Shown here in pieces: positions 50,878 through 60,132 of a stretch of DNA of 64,000 nucleotides (its first letter is position 1; the number at the start of each line of letters is the position of its first letter). The DNA is from Dermatophilaceae bacterium (lineage in GTDB: Bacteria; Actinomycetota; Actinomycetes; Actinomycetales; Dermatophilaceae): positions 586 to 64,585 of the forward strand of contig JBGAQV010000001.1 of the NCBI GenBank assembly GCA_044220505.1, in the 5' to 3' direction. A model generated the notes under the pieces. It saw only the letters and a program-made list of their open reading frames with translations. It ran no database searches and was not told where the DNA came from. Position numbers and translations under genes: made by a program.

Positions 50878-51904
50878 TCGCGCCGATGGGGCCTCGATGC
50901 CACGTCTGGGTGATGAGCTCGGTGACTCGGTCGCGCGTCACGAGGGGAGTCAAGGGCTGGCCGGTCGACATGACCTCCGCCAGCTGATCCAATCGTGCGC
51001 ACACCAGATCCGCCTTGGCAGCCCGGGTCTGCGCGTCGAACCGGCCGACAGCGTCGCCCCAGATGGCGCGCCCGGCCATGAACCCGTTGCAGCCGTGGCG
51101 CACTGCCACGCTGAGCTGGTCGACGAAGCCGTCGAACGTCACTCCGGCCGACAGCAATACCCAGGGTCCGGCGCACGCTGCAGCCAGCGCTGCGACCGCT
51201 TCGTCGGCTCGGCTGCGGCCATGCTCGGTCGCCAGGCTGACCGGGAACTCCACCTTCATGACGTCGGCACCGACGGCCTTGAAGCTGGCCGCTGTCGCGA
51301 GCACACTCTCGGTCCGGCGATCGGCGACGACCGGATCAGCCAGATCCTCGCCTGCGACCGGATACCACAGCGGCTCGACGATGAGGGGCAGGCCCAGCGC
51401 ACTACAATCGGCCGCGACACCAGCCACGACATCGTGCACCTGCTGGGCCTGCGCGGGCGAGGCATCGGACCGGTGGAAGACGACGAGTTTGGCGGCGTCG
51501 ACGCCCAGGACGCTGAGCTTGGCTGGCGTCCATCCCGGCTTGAGTCGCAGCTGGACATCGAAGCCCACGGGGCTCGTCGTGGGCTGGTAGTAGAGGTCTT
51601 CCAGGCCGCTGATCAGGCCGCATCCACCCGGCAGGTCACCTGTCGCGATCGCCTGCCCACAGGACCACACCGGGTCGAGCAAGACCGCGGAGGCGTGCTG
51701 CGCCATGCGCGCGACGAGCTCCAGCTTGGACTCGACCACCTCCGGGAAGGTGACCTTCGACAGGTCGGGGTCGAAGAGGATCTGGTAGTTCTCCGGGTGG
51801 TCGATCGCTGCGGCCCGGATCACCCCGCGGTCGTCCGCGATGCGCGCGAGCCGACGCAGCTTGCCCAGCTCCGTTGCGTTCGTCGACGTCTGCCGGTTGT
51901 CCAT
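50861..51904 (-). CDS. Class I aldolase of the LacD/YihT (tagatose-bisphosphate aldolase) family
   Basis: Blocks LGKLRRLARIADDRGVIRAAAIDH, the Schiff-base Lys region GADVMKVEFP and GFMAGRAIW. Start taken at the ATG at 51904. The ORF extends to 51985, but that stretch carries an inverted repeat. Confidence 0.7.
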   Translation of the reverse strand: MDNRQTSTNATELGKLRRLARIADDRGVIRAAAIDHPENYQILFDPDLSKVTFPEVVESKLELVARMAQHASAVLLDPVWSCGQAIATGDLPGGCGLISGLEDLYYQPTTSPVGFDVQLRLKPGWTPAKLSVLGVDAAKLVVFHRSDASPAQAQQVHDVVAGVAADCSALGLPLIVEPLWYPVAGEDLADPVVADRRTESVLATAASFKAVGADVMKVEFPVSLATEHGRSRADEAVAALAAACAGPWVLLSAGVTFDGFVDQLSVAVRHGCNGFMAGRAIWGDAVGRFDAQTRAAKADLVCARLDQLAEVMSTGQPLTPLVTRDRVTELITQTWHRGPIGASDDRA

Positions 51905-51949
51905 GGACTCGCCCTTCAGGAGTGTGATGTAGCCGTCTCGATCGCCTGA

Positions 51950-51981
51950 CAACGATGTCGTAAAGGTCATTGACATCGTTG
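51950..51981. promoter_or_regulatory. Inverted repeat CAACGATGTC-N12-GACATCGTTG in the divergent control region of the sugar locus (candidate LacI-family operator)
   Basis: Perfect 10-bp arms at 51950-51959 and 51972-51981. Lies between the divergent starts at 51904 (-) and 52043 (+). Confidence 0.4.
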
Positions 51982-52042
51982 TCATCTGCCACTTACGTTA
52001 CCCCTGACGGCACTCGCTCACAAGGGAAGTGAGGTAGGCGCG

Positions 52043-53008
52043 ATGCTTGTGGTCACTCCCAACACCTGCCTGGACATCACGACCTGGCTCACTTCCCTCA
52101 CCCCGGGGAGTGTCGTCCGCGCCCGGCGCACCGTCACGTCCGCAGGCGGCAAGGGCGTCAACGTATGCCGTGTTCTGCGCCTGCTCGGGCACCGGCCCAC
52201 CCTGGTCGGGCTGGCCTCCGCACACGACCCGCGGCTGCGCGATCTTCTTGCCGAGGAGGGCTGCGATTTCGCCCCCGTTCTGCACGACGAGGCGGCACGG
52301 ATCGCTCAGATCGTGCTCGAAGACCACGGGCGGATCACCGTGCTCAACGGCCCCGGGCCGACCCTCGACGCCGCCGCGTGGGCCCGCTTCCTCGATGTCG
52401 TCCGGGCCGAGCTCAAGGACTCCGCGATCGTCGCGTGCTCGGGCTCCCTTCCCCCGGACGCGCCCCTCACGGCATACGCCGACGTAGTGGAGCTGGCCGC
52501 CCGGCACGGGGCACGGACCCTGGTCGACGCAGCCCCGGCGGTGCTGGCCGCGAGCCTTCCCGCGGCGCCCTACCTCGTGGCTCCCAACCTCGCCGAGGCC
52601 GAAGCGCTCCTCGACGGACGTGTCGACGAGCTTGTGGACGAGGACGGGGTGGACATCTCGGGGCGCGCGATCCGTGCGGCCGTGCGGCTGCGCGCCCGCG
52701 GCCCGAGGTATGCCGTGGTGACAGCCGGGCGCTTCGGCGCGGCGCTCGCCGGGCCCGAGCGGACCGAGTGGTTCGACGCCACACCGATCAATCCGGTCAA
52801 CCCGATCGGCTCCGGCGACTCCTTCATCGGAGGGGTCGCTCACGCGCTCGACCGGGGGGCCAGGGTGCGCACCGCCGTGGCCTTTGGCATGCGGGTCGCT
52901 GCGGCGGCGTGCGAGACCGAGCGCGCAGGCATCTTCGCCCCTGGGCGCCTCACGGAGCTGGTGGCCGGCGAGGCCGACCTCACGAGGCTGTGGCGGGAAC
53001 GCCGATGA
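52043..53008 (+). CDS. PfkB family sugar(-phosphate) kinase (1-phosphofructokinase/tagatose-6-phosphate kinase subfamily)
   Basis: 321 aa. Blocks MLVVTPNTCLDIT, TSAGGKGVNV, PNLAEAEAL and the C-terminal NPIGSGDSFIGG anion-hole motif. Confidence 0.85.
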   Translation: MLVVTPNTCLDITTWLTSLTPGSVVRARRTVTSAGGKGVNVCRVLRLLGHRPTLVGLASAHDPRLRDLLAEEGCDFAPVLHDEAARIAQIVLEDHGRITVLNGPGPTLDAAAWARFLDVVRAELKDSAIVACSGSLPPDAPLTAYADVVELAARHGARTLVDAAPAVLAASLPAAPYLVAPNLAEAEALLDGRVDELVDEDGVDISGRAIRAAVRLRARGPRYAVVTAGRFGAALAGPERTEWFDATPINPVNPIGSGDSFIGGVAHALDRGARVRTAVAFGMRVAAAACETERAGIFAPGRLTELVAGEADLTRLWRERR

Positions 53009-54018
53009 GCGCCACCATCCACGACGTCGCGCGCTCGGCCGGAGTCTCGATCAAGACCGTGTCACGGGTCCTCAACGGTGAAAGCAACGTCGCAGCACCG
53101 ACGGCAGCCCTCGTGCACGCCGCCATCGCCGCCCTCGACTATCACCCCAACCTCGCCGCACGGTCCTTGCGCACGGGGGCCTCGGACACGATCGGTGTCA
53201 TCGTCGACTCGCTGAGCGACCCGTTCTTCGCCAAACTCATTTCCGTCTTCGAGGACCGCGCCACGGCGCATGGAATGGACATCCTGGTCGCCTCGACCGG
53301 GGCCGACGAAGAGCGGGCCCGCATGCAGGTCACCCGCATGGTCCGTCGCAATGTCAACGGACTGCTCATCGCGCCGTTCGGGCCGTCGCTGACGGCCCTG
53401 CCCGAGCCCGGTGTCGTGCCCACGGTCCTCATCGACCGGCATACCGAAGGCTCGGCCTACGACGAAGTGATCGTCGACGACGAGGCTGCGGCATACACGG
53501 CGGTGTCGCACTTGATCGCCCATGGGCACCAGCGGATCGGGTTCGTCGGAGAGTCGTTGCGGTTCTCGACGGTGCATCACCGCCTGCTGGGTTATCGCCG
53601 CGCCCTCGACGACAACGCCGTGACCCTCACGCCGGAGTACGTCCACACCGCGTGCTGGGACTCCGACACCGCCACCAAGCTCACCAAGGCGATGCTCAAG
53701 CTCGACGAGCCACCCACGGCGATCTTCGCGTCCACGCCGGTGACCGGCGTCGGCGTGTTGTCCGGGATGAGAGCGGTCGGGCGCGCCGATGTCGCGCTCG
53801 TGGTGTTCGGCGACTTTCCGCTGTCCACGGTCATCGAGCCGGCTGTGACGGTCGTGGACCAGGTACCCGTCGACCTGGCCAACACCGCCATGGACCGCCT
53901 GCTCGCGCGCCTGGGCGGAGACACCTCGCCGCCGACGTCGACGGTCGTCGCGACCCAGTTCCTCATCCGCGGGTCGGGCGAGCTCCCCCCGACCGATCGA
54001 CCGATGAGCCCGCGATGA
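53005..54018 (+). CDS. LacI family transcriptional regulator
   Basis: ATG 53005 overlaps the pfkB stop (ATGA). HTH ATIHDVARSAGVSIKTVSRVLNG, followed by a periplasmic-binding-protein-like core. Confidence 0.9.
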   Translation: MSATIHDVARSAGVSIKTVSRVLNGESNVAAPTAALVHAAIAALDYHPNLAARSLRTGASDTIGVIVDSLSDPFFAKLISVFEDRATAHGMDILVASTGADEERARMQVTRMVRRNVNGLLIAPFGPSLTALPEPGVVPTVLIDRHTEGSAYDEVIVDDEAAAYTAVSHLIAHGHQRIGFVGESLRFSTVHHRLLGYRRALDDNAVTLTPEYVHTACWDSDTATKLTKAMLKLDEPPTAIFASTPVTGVGVLSGMRAVGRADVALVVFGDFPLSTVIEPAVTVVDQVPVDLANTAMDRLLARLGGDTSPPTSTVVATQFLIRGSGELPPTDRPMSPR

Positions 54019-55502
54019 CTCGGCCGAGCACCGTCATCGACATTGGCCTCGACCTCGGCACGACGGCGAGCAAGGCGGTCGCCCTCGACGGTGCTGGATG
54101 TGTGGTCGGCTCCGCCTCGCTGCCCACTCAGTGGCGAGCACCGCACCCCGAGTGGGCCGAGCGCGAGGCGGACGCAGTCGACACACTCGTGGGCCGTCTG
54201 CTGGGCGAGGTGCTCGTCGCCGCGGAGCGCTCGGTGGCGGTCACGGCCGTGCGCTCGATCGGCGTTACCGGGATGGCGGAGTCCGGGACCGTGCTGGACC
54301 GAGACGGTGTCGCGAGAGCGCCGATGATCGCGTGGTACGACCCGCGAGGCCGAGACGAAATCACCTCTCTTCCCGACGATTTCGGGGCGTTGTTTCCGGG
54401 CCGGACCGGCTTGCCGATGACCCCGCTGGCGACACTGTTCAAGCTGCGCTGGCTGCAGCAGCACGGCCTCGATCTCGCTGGGCTGCAATGGCTTTCGCTG
54501 CCCGAGTATGTCTGTCATCGGCTCGGTGGTCGTCGCGCTGCCGAGCGCTCGATGCTCGGCCGCACCGGCCTGCTCGACATCCACACCGGCGAGCTCCTTC
54601 CGGAGGCGCTGCACGTGCTGCGGGCCGACCCGGCTCTGGTGCCGTCGCAGGTGCCAGCAGGCACCTCCGTGGGCACCCTCGGCACCGGTGCGTTCGGGCT
54701 CGACGACCGGTATGCCGGTGCGGTCCTCACCGTTGCCGGTCACGACCACCTCGTGGCGGCGGCTGCCGCCGATGCTGCGCACGCAGGCACCGTCTTCGAC
54801 TCCATGGGCACCGCCGAGGCGTTCGTGTGCGCCACACCGACCTTGCCCAGCCCTGAGAGTGTCGCGGCGCTGGTGGCCCTCGGCGTAGGCACCTACTCGC
54901 ATGTGGTGAGCAACACCACCGCGCTCATCGCGGGGATGCGCACGGGGCTGGTCCTCAAGCGGGTTCTCGCGATCGCAGGGCTGGACAATGACGAGGGCCG
55001 CCGCAGCGTCGACACCGTCCGACTCGTGGGCCAGGCAGCTGGCGGCCCGGAAGGTATAGGCCCGGAAGGTATCGGCCCGGAAGGTGCCGGCCCGGCAGCG
55101 GGGATCAGGGTGCACGGCTACGAGATGGCTGGGGCACCGGTGTCCATCGTCATCGACGACGACGAGGTCACGCCACAGGATCTCTGGGCCGCCGCGCTCC
55201 ACTCGGTCACCACGGGCGCGCGGGGGCTTGTCGACGGCATACGGAGTCAAGGCGTCGAGATCACCGACCTCGTGGTCGCCGGGGGCTGGACCCGGATGGC
55301 GTCGGTTCTGGCCACCCGGGGTGCGCTGGCCGCCACCGTCCGGCAAGCCCATGACCCCCAGCCCGGCCTGATCGGAGCTGCCTTGATGGGCCGGTGGGCC
55401 AGCGGCGTTGACTCCGCGGCCGGCATACCCCCCCATGACAGTCCACCCGCGGACTGGTTCGCGCAGTGGTCACCGGACCCCCACCAACAGGAGAAACCGT
55501 GA
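54015..55502 (+). CDS. FGGY family carbohydrate kinase
   Basis: ATG 54015 overlaps the lacI stop (ATGA). N-terminal VIDIGLDLGTTASKAVAL, internal VAGHDHLVAAA and FDSMGTAEAF, and C-terminal VVAGGWTR. Confidence 0.85.
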   Translation: MTRPSTVIDIGLDLGTTASKAVALDGAGCVVGSASLPTQWRAPHPEWAEREADAVDTLVGRLLGEVLVAAERSVAVTAVRSIGVTGMAESGTVLDRDGVARAPMIAWYDPRGRDEITSLPDDFGALFPGRTGLPMTPLATLFKLRWLQQHGLDLAGLQWLSLPEYVCHRLGGRRAAERSMLGRTGLLDIHTGELLPEALHVLRADPALVPSQVPAGTSVGTLGTGAFGLDDRYAGAVLTVAGHDHLVAAAAADAAHAGTVFDSMGTAEAFVCATPTLPSPESVAALVALGVGTYSHVVSNTTALIAGMRTGLVLKRVLAIAGLDNDEGRRSVDTVRLVGQAAGGPEGIGPEGIGPEGAGPAAGIRVHGYEMAGAPVSIVIDDDEVTPQDLWAAALHSVTTGARGLVDGIRSQGVEITDLVVAGGWTRMASVLATRGALAATVRQAHDPQPGLIGAALMGRWASGVDSAAGIPPHDSPPADWFAQWSPDPHQQEKP

Positions 55503-56404
55503 GCGACATCGAAGCCCTGAGGCGCATTGCCTCTGCCGACGACACCTTCTCGGTGGTCGCCCTCGACCAGCGCGGCACGATGCGGCGGATGTTCGCCGCG
55601 GTCGGACAGCCCGAGGTCGCAGACGGCGAACTCGTCGCGGTCAAGGAGGACATCATCGACGGGCTCGCAGGGGTGGCTTCGGCCTTCCTTGTCGACCCCG
55701 ACTACGGAATGGCCGCTGCCCGGACGCATCCCAAGCGGGCGTCGTTCGGCGTGCTGCTGGCAGCCGAGCCGGCGTCGCGGGGCACCCACGAGGGCGCGCC
55801 GACGGTGGCGCTCGACCCCAACCAGCCGGCCGACTGGGTCCGCGACCAGGGAGCCGACGCGCTGAAGTTCCTGTGCCAGGTGCGTGCCGACCGCCCCGTC
55901 GGTGCCGATGGTCGTGACCTGACAGCCGAAGCCCTGACCGCCCTGCGTGAACTCATCGCCGACTGCGCTGCGACCGCGGTGCCGTCGGTGGTCGAAAACC
56001 TCATCTACCCGCTCCCCGGCGCCGACCCCCTCACGCCGGAGGCCCGCGCCGACGCGATCATCGAAGCCGCGGCGCTCATCGACGACCTCGGGCCGTCGCT
56101 GCTCAAGCTCGAATATCCCGGCAGCCCGGCGGCCTGTCGCCGCCTCGCCGCACGGCTCACCCGCCCCTGGGCGGTGCTGTCCGCGGGAGTGCCGATGGCG
56201 CAGTTCGCCGACGTCCTGCGGATCAGCTGCGACGACGGCGGCGCGAGCGGATTCATTGCCGGACGCGCGATCTGGGCCGATGCGGTCGGTATGCAGCGGC
56301 CCGCTCGCCAGGCCTTCCTCGGTGACGAAGGCCGCCGCCGCCTCGACGAATGCGTGTCGGTCATCTCCGGGCGGGCTCGCCCCTTCACGGAGGTCGTGCC
56401 ATGA
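55499..56404 (+). CDS. Second class I aldolase of the LacD/YihT family
   Basis: GTG 55499 overlaps the FGGY stop (GTGA). Blocks FSVVALDQRGTM, the Lys region SLLKLEYPGS and GFIAGRAIWAD. Confidence 0.7.
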   Translation: MSDIEALRRIASADDTFSVVALDQRGTMRRMFAAVGQPEVADGELVAVKEDIIDGLAGVASAFLVDPDYGMAAARTHPKRASFGVLLAAEPASRGTHEGAPTVALDPNQPADWVRDQGADALKFLCQVRADRPVGADGRDLTAEALTALRELIADCAATAVPSVVENLIYPLPGADPLTPEARADAIIEAAALIDDLGPSLLKLEYPGSPAACRRLAARLTRPWAVLSAGVPMAQFADVLRISCDDGGASGFIAGRAIWADAVGMQRPARQAFLGDEGRRRLDECVSVISGRARPFTEVVP

Positions 56405-57168
56405 AACCGGTCCTGGAGGCGCGGGGGCTGAGCCGGAGTTTCGGTTCGGTCCGCGCTCTCGACGCCTGCGACTTCGATGTGTATGCCGGTGAGGTCGTCG
56501 CGCTCATCGGCGACAACGGTGCCGGGAAGTCGACGCTCGTCAAGGCGATGACCGGCAACCTCGACGTCGACGCGGGCAGCCTGCTGCTCGACGGAGAGCC
56601 GGTGGCCTTCAAGAGCCCACAGGACGCCTCCGCGGTCGGCATCGAAGTCGTGCACCAGGACTTGGCGCTCGCGCCACACCTCAACCCAGCCCAGAACATG
56701 TTCCTGGGGCGCGAAATCATGGCCAAGGGCCTCCTCGGCAAACTCGGCTTCATGGACCGGGCGGCGATGATGCGCCGTTCGGCGGAATCCTTCGCCGACC
56801 TCGGGTCTGCGGTGCGGTCTCTCGTGACCCCGGTCGGGTCGATGTCTGGTGGCCAGAAGCAGAGCGTGGCGATCGCCCGGTCGGTGGCCTGGGCCAACCG
56901 GGTGCTCTTCCTCGATGAGCCGACGGCCGCCCTCGGGGTGGTCCAGACCGCCAACGTGCTCGACATGATCCGTCGGGTGCGCAATTCCGGCGTGGCGGTC
57001 GTCTTGATCAGCCACTCGATGCCACACGTCCTCGAGGTCGCCGACCGCGTGCAGGTACTGCGCCTGGGCCGGCGAGTGGCGACTCTCCCAGCCGCCGGTG
57101 CCACGGTCGAGCAACTCGTCGGCGCCATGACCGGTGCGCTGGACACCAAGAGCGGAGCCTCCTCATGA
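56401..57168 (+). CDS. Sugar ABC transporter ATP-binding protein (single NBD)
   Basis: ATG 56401 overlaps the upstream stop. Walker A GDNGAGKST, signature MSGGQKQ and Walker B VLFLDEPT. Confidence 0.9.
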   Translation: MKPVLEARGLSRSFGSVRALDACDFDVYAGEVVALIGDNGAGKSTLVKAMTGNLDVDAGSLLLDGEPVAFKSPQDASAVGIEVVHQDLALAPHLNPAQNMFLGREIMAKGLLGKLGFMDRAAMMRRSAESFADLGSAVRSLVTPVGSMSGGQKQSVAIARSVAWANRVLFLDEPTAALGVVQTANVLDMIRRVRNSGVAVVLISHSMPHVLEVADRVQVLRLGRRVATLPAAGATVEQLVGAMTGALDTKSGASS

Positions 57169-58214
57169 CCACGGCAACCAAGGCGACCGTCGAGGCGCTC
57201 GTCGACAGCGCGACCAGTGGCGATGACCAACCCTGGTTGAAGCGCCTCACTGCGCTGCAATCGGTGTGGATCCTCGGGGTGCTCATCGTCATCGTCGTGA
57301 TCTTCGGGGCACTGTCGCCGACGCGGTTCCTCACCTACAGCAACCTCATGAACATCTCCCAGAACGTCTCGATCTGGGCGGTCCTCGCGGTGGGGATGAC
57401 CTTCGTCATCATCACCTCGGGCATCGACCTGTCGATCGGGTCGGTCCTGGTCTTCTCCTCGGTCATCGCCGCCAAAGTCATGGAGGCGCTCGGCGGCGAA
57501 GGCTGGGGCACCGCGATCGTCGGCATCGTCCTGTCCTCGGCGTGCGGTGTCCTCTGGGGCGTCCTCAACGGGGTGTTGGTGTCGAAGGCCAAACTGCCCC
57601 CACTCATCGTCACCCTCGGCACTTTGTCCATTGCCCTCGGTGCTGCACAGATCATCACGTCCGGCCTCGACATCCGGGCCGTCCCGACGGTGCTCCAAGA
57701 CGCGATCGGCTACGGCCGTGTCTTCGGGATTCCCGTCATCGCGCTCATCGCGCTGGCCATCGTCCTCATCGGCGGCACGATGTTGCACCGCACCAGGTTC
57801 GGTCTGTACACCTTCGCCATCGGCTCCAACGCGATGGCTCCGCTGCGGGTCGGCATCAACGTCGACCGCAATCTCATCAAGATCTACGCCTTGTGCGGTT
57901 TCCTGGCCGGGGTTGCCGGTGTGTTGTCCCTGTCGCAGTACGGCACGACCACCATCGCCGGTCAGTCCCTGACCAACCTCAACGTCATCGCGGCCGTCGT
58001 CATCGGTGGCACGTCGGTCTTCGGTGGTCAGGGGTCGATGTTCGGCTCGATGGTCGGGCTGTTCATCCCCGCGGTTTTGCAGAGCGGTTTCGTCATCACC
58101 GGCGTCTCACCGTTCTGGCAGACAGTGGCCGTCGGAGCGATCCTCGTCGCCGCCGTCTTCGTCGACCAGCAGCGCCGCGCGGCGTCGCTGCGTGGTGGCA
58201 AAGCACGCAAGTGA
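57165..58214 (+). CDS. Sugar ABC transporter permease (RbsC/AraH-type)
   Basis: ATG 57165 overlaps the upstream stop. ~10 TM segments with the block FVIITSGIDLSIGSV typical of CUT2 permeases. Confidence 0.9.
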   Translation: MTTATKATVEALVDSATSGDDQPWLKRLTALQSVWILGVLIVIVVIFGALSPTRFLTYSNLMNISQNVSIWAVLAVGMTFVIITSGIDLSIGSVLVFSSVIAAKVMEALGGEGWGTAIVGIVLSSACGVLWGVLNGVLVSKAKLPPLIVTLGTLSIALGAAQIITSGLDIRAVPTVLQDAIGYGRVFGIPVIALIALAIVLIGGTMLHRTRFGLYTFAIGSNAMAPLRVGINVDRNLIKIYALCGFLAGVAGVLSLSQYGTTTIAGQSLTNLNVIAAVVIGGTSVFGGQGSMFGSMVGLFIPAVLQSGFVITGVSPFWQTVAVGAILVAAVFVDQQRRAASLRGGKARK

Positions 58215-58242
58215 AATCCCACGAAATCCCCATCAGAAAGGC

Positions 58243-59235
58243 ATGACAATGAGGTCCATCGCCAAGTTCACCACTGTGGCAGCCATCGCGGCCTTGGCCG
58301 TCGCCGGCTGCAGCAGCGCCAAGACCGACACGGCTGCGACGTCCGGCGCGAGCGGTGCCGCTGCGAACAAGAAGATCGCCTTCGTCCAGGGCGTCGCGGG
58401 AGACGAGTTCTACATCACGATGGAGTGCGGGATCAAGGCCAAGGCAGCCGAACTCGGCTACACGATCGAAACCCAAGGTCCCCAGAAGTTCGACCCCACT
58501 CTCCAGAAGCCGATCGTCGACTCGGTCATCGCCGCGAAGCCGGCCGCTCTGCTCATCGCCCCGACGGACGTCAAGGCCATGCAGGCACCGCTCGAGCAGG
58601 CCGCCAAGGCCGGCATCAAGGTCGTTCTCGTCGACACCACGGTCGGCGACCCGGCCTTCGCCGTGTCGCAGATCAGCTCGGACAACGTCGGCGGCGGGAA
58701 GGCTGCCTTCGAGGCCATCAAGGCCAAGAAGCCCGAGGGCGGCAAGATTCTCGTGATCTCGACCGACCCCGGCGTTTCGACTGTCGACGCCCGGGTCAAG
58801 GGCTTCGAGGAGGCCGCCAAGGGCGACGCCAAGTTCACCTACCTCGGCGTGCAGTACAGCCACAACGACCCGGCCACGGCCGCTGGTCTGGTCTCTTCCG
58901 CTCTGCAGAAGGACCCCGACATCATCGGGATCTTCGCAACGAACCTGTTCTCCGCCGAAGGGTCTGCGACGGGCGTGAAGCAGGCCGGTAAGACCGGCAT
59001 CACCATCGTCGGGTTCGACGCCGGCCCCAACCAGGTCAAGGCCCTCAAGGAGGGTGTCGTCCAGGCTCTCGTCGCCCAGCAGCCGGGCACCATCGGGTCC
59101 GACGGCATCACCCAGGCCGACGCGGCGCTGACCGGCAAGTCGGTCAAGGCCACGATCCAGACGGGTTTCACCATCATCACCGCGGACAACCTCGCCGGCG
59201 ACGGCGGCAAGGCCGTCTACAAGTCGAGCTGCTGA
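58243..59235 (+). CDS. Sugar ABC transporter substrate-binding lipoprotein (RbsB-like, PBP type 1)
   Basis: ATG 58243 (or 58249). Lipobox LAVAGCSS, plus KKIAFVQGVAGDEFYITMECG and KVVLVDT. Confidence 0.85.
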   Translation: MTMRSIAKFTTVAAIAALAVAGCSSAKTDTAATSGASGAAANKKIAFVQGVAGDEFYITMECGIKAKAAELGYTIETQGPQKFDPTLQKPIVDSVIAAKPAALLIAPTDVKAMQAPLEQAAKAGIKVVLVDTTVGDPAFAVSQISSDNVGGGKAAFEAIKAKKPEGGKILVISTDPGVSTVDARVKGFEEAAKGDAKFTYLGVQYSHNDPATAAGLVSSALQKDPDIIGIFATNLFSAEGSATGVKQAGKTGITIVGFDAGPNQVKALKEGVVQALVAQQPGTIGSDGITQADAALTGKSVKATIQTGFTIITADNLAGDGGKAVYKSSC

Positions 59236-59254
59236 CCGCGCAGCCACGCATTGA

Positions 59255-59290
59255 CAGGCAGGCCCGGCGCACCCGCGCCGGGCCTGCCTG
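59255..59290. terminator. GC-rich hairpin between convergent genes
   Basis: Perfect 16-bp stem CAGGCAGGCCCGGCGC / GCGCCGGGCCTGCCTG with a 4-nt loop. Confidence 0.7.
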
Positions 59291-59331
59291 CGTGTGCGCG
59301 TGCGGGTGAAGCGGGGAGGTCGGCGGCGAGG

Positions 59332-60108
59332 TCAGAGCCAGCCGACCCGGCCGTGCAACACGGCATACCCGAGGAAGGCCACCACGTCGATGAGGGTGTG
59401 CGCGAGGACCAGGGGACCCACCCGCCGGGTGCGCCGCCACACCAGGGCAAAGACGACCCCCATCACGACATTGCCGACGAAGCCGCCGAACCCCTGGTAG
59501 AGGTGATATGCACCGCGCAGCAGCGCGGACGCCGCCACAGCCCAGCGCCACGTCCATCCCGCCTGCTCGAGCCGGGCCAGCAGATAGCCGACCACGAGGA
59601 CCTCTTCGAGCAGGCCGTTCTGCAGCGCAGACAGGATGAGCACCGGGACGGCCCACCAGGTCTGGCCGAGGTTGGCGGCCGCGACCTGAGTGTTGACCCC
59701 CAGGGCGCGAGCGGCGAGATACAACCCCAGGCCGGGGATGCCGATGGCGGCGGCGAGCAGGGTCCCTCGCCCGAGGTCTCGCCACGGGCTGCTGCTGTCC
59801 AGCCCGAGGCCCCGCAGCGCGGATCGTATGCCGGGTGGTCCAGGCGGCACGGACGTCGCCAGCAGGTGCAGGGCCAGGGCCACGGGCACCACGGCCAGCG
59901 CGATGCCGACAAGTTGATAGGTGAGGTCCAGCCACGGCCGGTCGGGCGTGACGCTCGTGTTGAGGGCCGAGGTCTGTGCCGAAAGGGGCACCTCGCGGGT
60001 GAGGCGCTCGACGATCCGCAGCAGCGACCAGATCGCCGACGCCCCGAGCGACAGGCCCATGACGATGACGACCTCGCGGTGCAGCACCCGGCGCTCGATC
60101 ACGGCCAC
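59332..60108 (-). CDS. CPBP family intramembrane glutamic endopeptidase (CAAX protease/Abi fold)
   Basis: 258 aa with a GTG start. Motif 1 LLEEVLVVGYL, then HLYQG ... N and H..ID motifs (LAHTLIDVVAF). Confidence 0.8.
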   Translation of the reverse strand: MAVIERRVLHREVVIVMGLSLGASAIWSLLRIVERLTREVPLSAQTSALNTSVTPDRPWLDLTYQLVGIALAVVPVALALHLLATSVPPGPPGIRSALRGLGLDSSSPWRDLGRGTLLAAAIGIPGLGLYLAARALGVNTQVAAANLGQTWWAVPVLILSALQNGLLEEVLVVGYLLARLEQAGWTWRWAVAASALLRGAYHLYQGFGGFVGNVVMGVVFALVWRRTRRVGPLVLAHTLIDVVAFLGYAVLHGRVGWL

Positions 60109-60132
60109 ACCCTATGGGCGAGAATCGCCGAC

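Noticed and set aside
51905-51985. The upstream start (51985) for the first LacD-type aldolase, adding MTTMSMTFTTSLSGDRDGYITLLKGES.
   Set aside because: The extension has no counterpart in LacD-type N-termini as I recall them. It would also place the 10-bp-arm inverted repeat (51950-51981) inside coding sequence. The ATG at 51904 is preferred, but this is not proven.
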